NCBI GenBank assembly: GCA_035295505.1 | Contig: DATGIX010000104.1 | Coordinates: 10,809-74,808, forward strand | Reading direction: 5' to 3' | DNA: 64,000 nucleotides | Source of the DNA: Puia sp. | GTDB lineage: Bacteria > Bacteroidota > Bacteroidia > Chitinophagales > Chitinophagaceae | Shown here: positions 59,050 to 64,000 of the stretch, in pieces | How the letters are laid out: every line of letters begins with the position of its first letter | How positions within the stretch are numbered: the stretch's first letter is position 1 | Notes under the pieces: model-generated | What the model saw: the letters and a program-made list of their open reading frames with translations, nothing else | Told to the model about the DNA's origin: nothing | The model's database searches: none | Program-made: the position numbers and the translations under genes

Positions 59050-60879
59050 TCAAGGCTTCTTCTTCAACTGCTGCACTTTTTTCTGTGCGTCCTGCATTTG
59101 CTCAAAACGTTCCTGCCATTTGGCTTTTGTTTTAGGCTTGTTTTTGTTTGCCTGAAGTTTTACGAGAATTTTATCGTGGTCAATGATATAATTCTGTATT
59201 ATAAATTGAAGTATCAATGTAATAATGTTCGAAACTGTATAGTACCATGTGAGCGCAGATGGAAGACTGTTGAAAAAGAAAAGGAACATAATCGGCATAA
59301 TATAAGGCATGTATTTCATCGCCGGATTGTTCTGGTCAGGCGTGGTCATGCTCATACCGTATAACGAAATAACAAAGTTGGTAGCAGAGGCTAATAATCC
59401 AAACAGACTAAGGTGGTCGCCGAAAAGTGGAATGCTGAAACCAAAATGAACCACCGCATCATACGCTGATAAATCTTTCGACCATAGAAATGCCTGGTTG
59501 CGCAATTCAATATTTGAATTAAAGAAACTGTACAATGCAAAGAATATCGGAATTTGGAGCAAGGCTGGAATACAGCCGCCAAGCGGATTTACGCCTGCTT
59601 CACGAAAAAGCTTCATTTGCTCCATGCTTGCACGTTGCTGGTCATTACCCACTCTTTTTTTCATCTCATCAATTTCAGGTCGGAGCGCTTTCATTTTTGC
59701 ACCGCTCAAATAACTGCTATATACAAGCGGAGAAGTCACAACTCTAATTACAATCGTGAGCAGCATAATCACAATGCCATAACTCGCTATAAATTTTTTG
59801 AAGAAATCAAAAACAGGCATCACGAGGTATTGATTAATCGGGCGAACAAAAGAATAAAAACCACGACCTAAATCAATAATCTTATCCATCCCTGAACCTT
59901 CTTTTTTCAGAATGTTGTAATCATTCGGCCCATAATAAAATTGAAATGGAATGATAGCAGAATTTCCCGCAGGAATTTTATATTGAAATGCCACATCTGC
60001 CTTTGCCACCAAATTTGATGAATCAGAAACTTCTCTCGCCCATTTCACGTTGCCCGAAACGAAGCTATTTTTCGCCAGCAATGTTGTGTTGAAGAATTGT
60101 TGCGATACAGAAATCCATTGAACCGGCTTTTCAAAAACTGCTTCTGTTTTTCTGGAGATATAATCAAAATTATTATCCTCGTAATAGCTGATGTTTGCCT
60201 GGCGCTTTTCATACATCACACTTTGTTGCACACGCATTGGCTCATAATGCCATGCGAGATTCATGTTGTTGCCCGTGAAAAGTTTTCCAGGGTTTTCAAC
60301 CTGAATTTCCCAATCAATCATATAATCATTCGGGCGAATGGTGTAATGATGAACAATAGATTCGCCACCCGGAGATGGCAAACGGAAATCGACTGTCTGT
60401 GACCCATCTGCATTTTTAGTGAGCTTTCCTTCGCTAAAAAACAAATCAGCAATTTGTGCTGATTGATTGTTCTGCGTATTTATCGGATAAGAAATATGAT
60501 TTTCAGAAGCAGGGTTAATAATTTTTACAGGAGTGCTGTCATAAGCATTGAATTTTTGCAGCTCCACTTTTTTCGGCTGACCACCTTTGTTCGTGAACTC
60601 TATCCTCATCAGATCATTTTCAACTGTGAGCAATTGCTCCGAACCGATAACTGCTTTATTAAAACCCGTTGTATCGATGGGCGCAGTTGGATTATTTTTA
60701 ATGGTGTCCTGTAATTTGGCAGCAGCATTCTGCTTTACTTTCACCATGGCGATGGAATCATCATAATGCTTTTTTTGCTTTTCGTATTCCTGGCTGTTTT
60801 TGGTTGAAATAAAGAGGTACAGAAAAAGCAAGATACCCAGCAGCACAAAACCAATCACGGTGTTACGGTCCATTCCCAT
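59050..60879 (-). CDS. yidC: Membrane protein insertase YidC
   Basis: MDRNTVIGF, YYGPNDY, SGAKMKALRPE, GVNPLGGCIPALLQIP. Confidence 0.97.
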   Translation of the reverse strand: MGMDRNTVIGFVLLGILLFLYLFISTKNSQEYEKQKKHYDDSIAMVKVKQNAAAKLQDTIKNNPTAPIDTTGFNKAVIGSEQLLTVENDLMRIEFTNKGGQPKKVELQKFNAYDSTPVKIINPASENHISYPINTQNNQSAQIADLFFSEGKLTKNADGSQTVDFRLPSPGGESIVHHYTIRPNDYMIDWEIQVENPGKLFTGNNMNLAWHYEPMRVQQSVMYEKRQANISYYEDNNFDYISRKTEAVFEKPVQWISVSQQFFNTTLLAKNSFVSGNVKWAREVSDSSNLVAKADVAFQYKIPAGNSAIIPFQFYYGPNDYNILKKEGSGMDKIIDLGRGFYSFVRPINQYLVMPVFDFFKKFIASYGIVIMLLTIVIRVVTSPLVYSSYLSGAKMKALRPEIDEMKKRVGNDQQRASMEQMKLFREAGVNPLGGCIPALLQIPIFFALYSFFNSNIELRNQAFLWSKDLSAYDAVVHFGFSIPLFGDHLSLFGLLASATNFVISLYGMSMTTPDQNNPAMKYMPYIMPIMFLFFFNSLPSALTWYYTVSNIITLILQFIIQNYIIDHDKILVKLQANKNKPKTKAKWQERFEQMQDAQKKVQQLKKKP

Positions 60880-60902
60880 TTTAATAGAATTTTAAAGAGG
60901 TG

Positions 60903-60910
60903 CAAAGATA
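60903..60910 (-). promoter_or_regulatory. -7 promoter element of yidC
   Basis: TATCTTTG, 23 nt upstream of the ATG. Confidence 0.75.
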
Positions 60911-61089
60911 GGTGGTAGAGTTGAGAGTACATAGTGGCAAGTTGCCAGTTTCCAGTTATTAGTTCACAGTTAGTTTCTACAAATTAAAATCTTCAGAAGA
61001 AAACAGAAACAAGAATGCCAACTGTTAACTGCCAACTGAATATTAAGAAATGTTTTGACTCCGAACTCAGAACTTTCGACTCCCGACTA

Positions 61090-62757
<1,668 letters not shown>

Positions 62758-63097
62758 TTATTTATAAAATCAATTGTTATTTCAATGCTATCGGGCAAAA
62801 ACAAAAAAACAAAAACCAAATTGAAATGATTCATTCCAACTGATAATTTGCTGTACGTTTATTTTGCTGATCGGTGCTCTGCCTTGCTCTCAATGACCCG
62901 AGGAAAAAAAGTAAGATTTAATAATTCCAGAAGGTCATGTAAAGTTAGGGTAATTTATCCATGCTGAAAAAGAGCTTTATAAGATGTGGATAAACTAACA
63001 TTCATTTGCCCAGGTATTATCTTCTGTGTATTTACTATAAGCCGAACTTTATTACCGCTTAATCGTTGAAATTTCATTTTATTTAAAATTCTCCGAT

Positions 63098-63937
63098 ATG
63101 AAAAAGTATGTTCTCCCGTTCGTCCTTGCTTTTATTTCTTTATCTGTCAGCGCTCAAAAAATGAGCTGCTGTTCGGTTTCTGCTACCGATAAATTTGCGC
63201 GTTTGTCTTTAGACAAAGCTTTTGTGATGAGCCATCCGAATCCTTTGCCTTTTAATTTTCACAGCGAAAATGGAAAAGATATCACTTACAAAGCTGCCGA
63301 TGGAACGGATGCATACGGATGGGAAATCAAAGCAAAAAGCCCAACTAATAATTATCTTTTTGTTATTCAGGAATGGTGGGGATTGAATGACTACGTGAAA
63401 AAAGAAAGTGAAGGCTTGTGGAGTGATTTGGGAAATGTGAATGTGATCGCATTAGATTTATATGATAAAAAAGTGGCAACGAGCCGCGAAGAAGCTGCAA
63501 AATTGATGCAGTCGGCTTCCGGCGAAAGAATTGTTTCGATTATCAAAGGCGCGATAGCTTATGCAGGAACCAAAGCAAAAATTTATACCATCGGCTGGTG
63601 CTTTGGCGGAGGCTGGAGTTTGCAGGCTTCGTTGCTTGCCGGCAATCAGGCATTCGGCTGTGTGATGTATTACGGCATGCCAGAAAAAGATGTTGAGAAA
63701 TTAAAAATGTTACACACTGATGTGCTTGGCATTTTTGCGAATAAAGATGGATTTATTACTCCAAAAGTTGTAGATGAATTTGCAGAGAATATGAAGAAAG
63801 CCGGAAAGAAGATTACGATAAAAAAATATGAGGCAGACCATGCATTTGCGAATCCGAGCAATCCGTCTTTTGATAAAGAAGCAAAAGCAGATGCATACAA
63901 GAATGCACTTGCCTTCCTGAAAGAAAGGATAAAATAA
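63098..63937 (+). CDS. Dienelactone hydrolase family protein
   Basis: QEWWGLN, GWCFGGG, YYG, HAFANPS. Confidence 0.9.
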   Translation: MKKYVLPFVLAFISLSVSAQKMSCCSVSATDKFARLSLDKAFVMSHPNPLPFNFHSENGKDITYKAADGTDAYGWEIKAKSPTNNYLFVIQEWWGLNDYVKKESEGLWSDLGNVNVIALDLYDKKVATSREEAAKLMQSASGERIVSIIKGAIAYAGTKAKIYTIGWCFGGGWSLQASLLAGNQAFGCVMYYGMPEKDVEKLKMLHTDVLGIFANKDGFITPKVVDEFAENMKKAGKKITIKKYEADHAFANPSNPSFDKEAKADAYKNALAFLKERIK

Positions 63938-64000
63938 ATATCCCGCGCAATAATATTTTTAGGATTTGCAGCTATTTCAGACTGGTGAAAGAATAAGACG

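Overview
Chromosomal segment of a Bacteroidota bacterium, most likely Chitinophagaceae-like (inference). Evidence: TAnnTTTG -7 promoter motifs, no obvious Shine-Dalgarno sites, SusC/SusD genes and the pyrG-yidC / TPR-comA-aroE gene orders. The backbone is housekeeping, mostly on the minus strand: rpsA, the S10 and spc ribosomal-protein operons ending secY-map, fusA, rpsG-rpsL, ilvE, rdgB, aroE, comA, yidC and pyrG. Accessory material sits in three places. (1) A complete 4,047-bp IS1595-family cargo transposon (47458-51504) with 29-bp terminal inverted repeats and an 8-bp target duplication. It carries a translationally coupled HigB-like / HigA-like / SecB-like trio (candidate toxin-antitoxin-chaperone defence system) plus several tiny, apparently leaderless genes. 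(2) An island upstream of rpsA with an Apea-like HEPN gene, a 1.2-kb six-unit mosaic array of palindromic REP/dRS3-like elements and a ParDE toxin-antitoxin pair. The same REP flanks a small GIY-YIG nuclease at 716-1006 in a REPtron-like arrangement. (3) An ECF sigma-FecR-SusC-SusD locus where the alpha operon would usually follow map. Many intergenic spacers carry 7-, 8- or 9-nt periodic inverted repeats. I recognised no rRNA, tRNA or CRISPR array. All family assignments come from motif recognition by eye; no searches were run.
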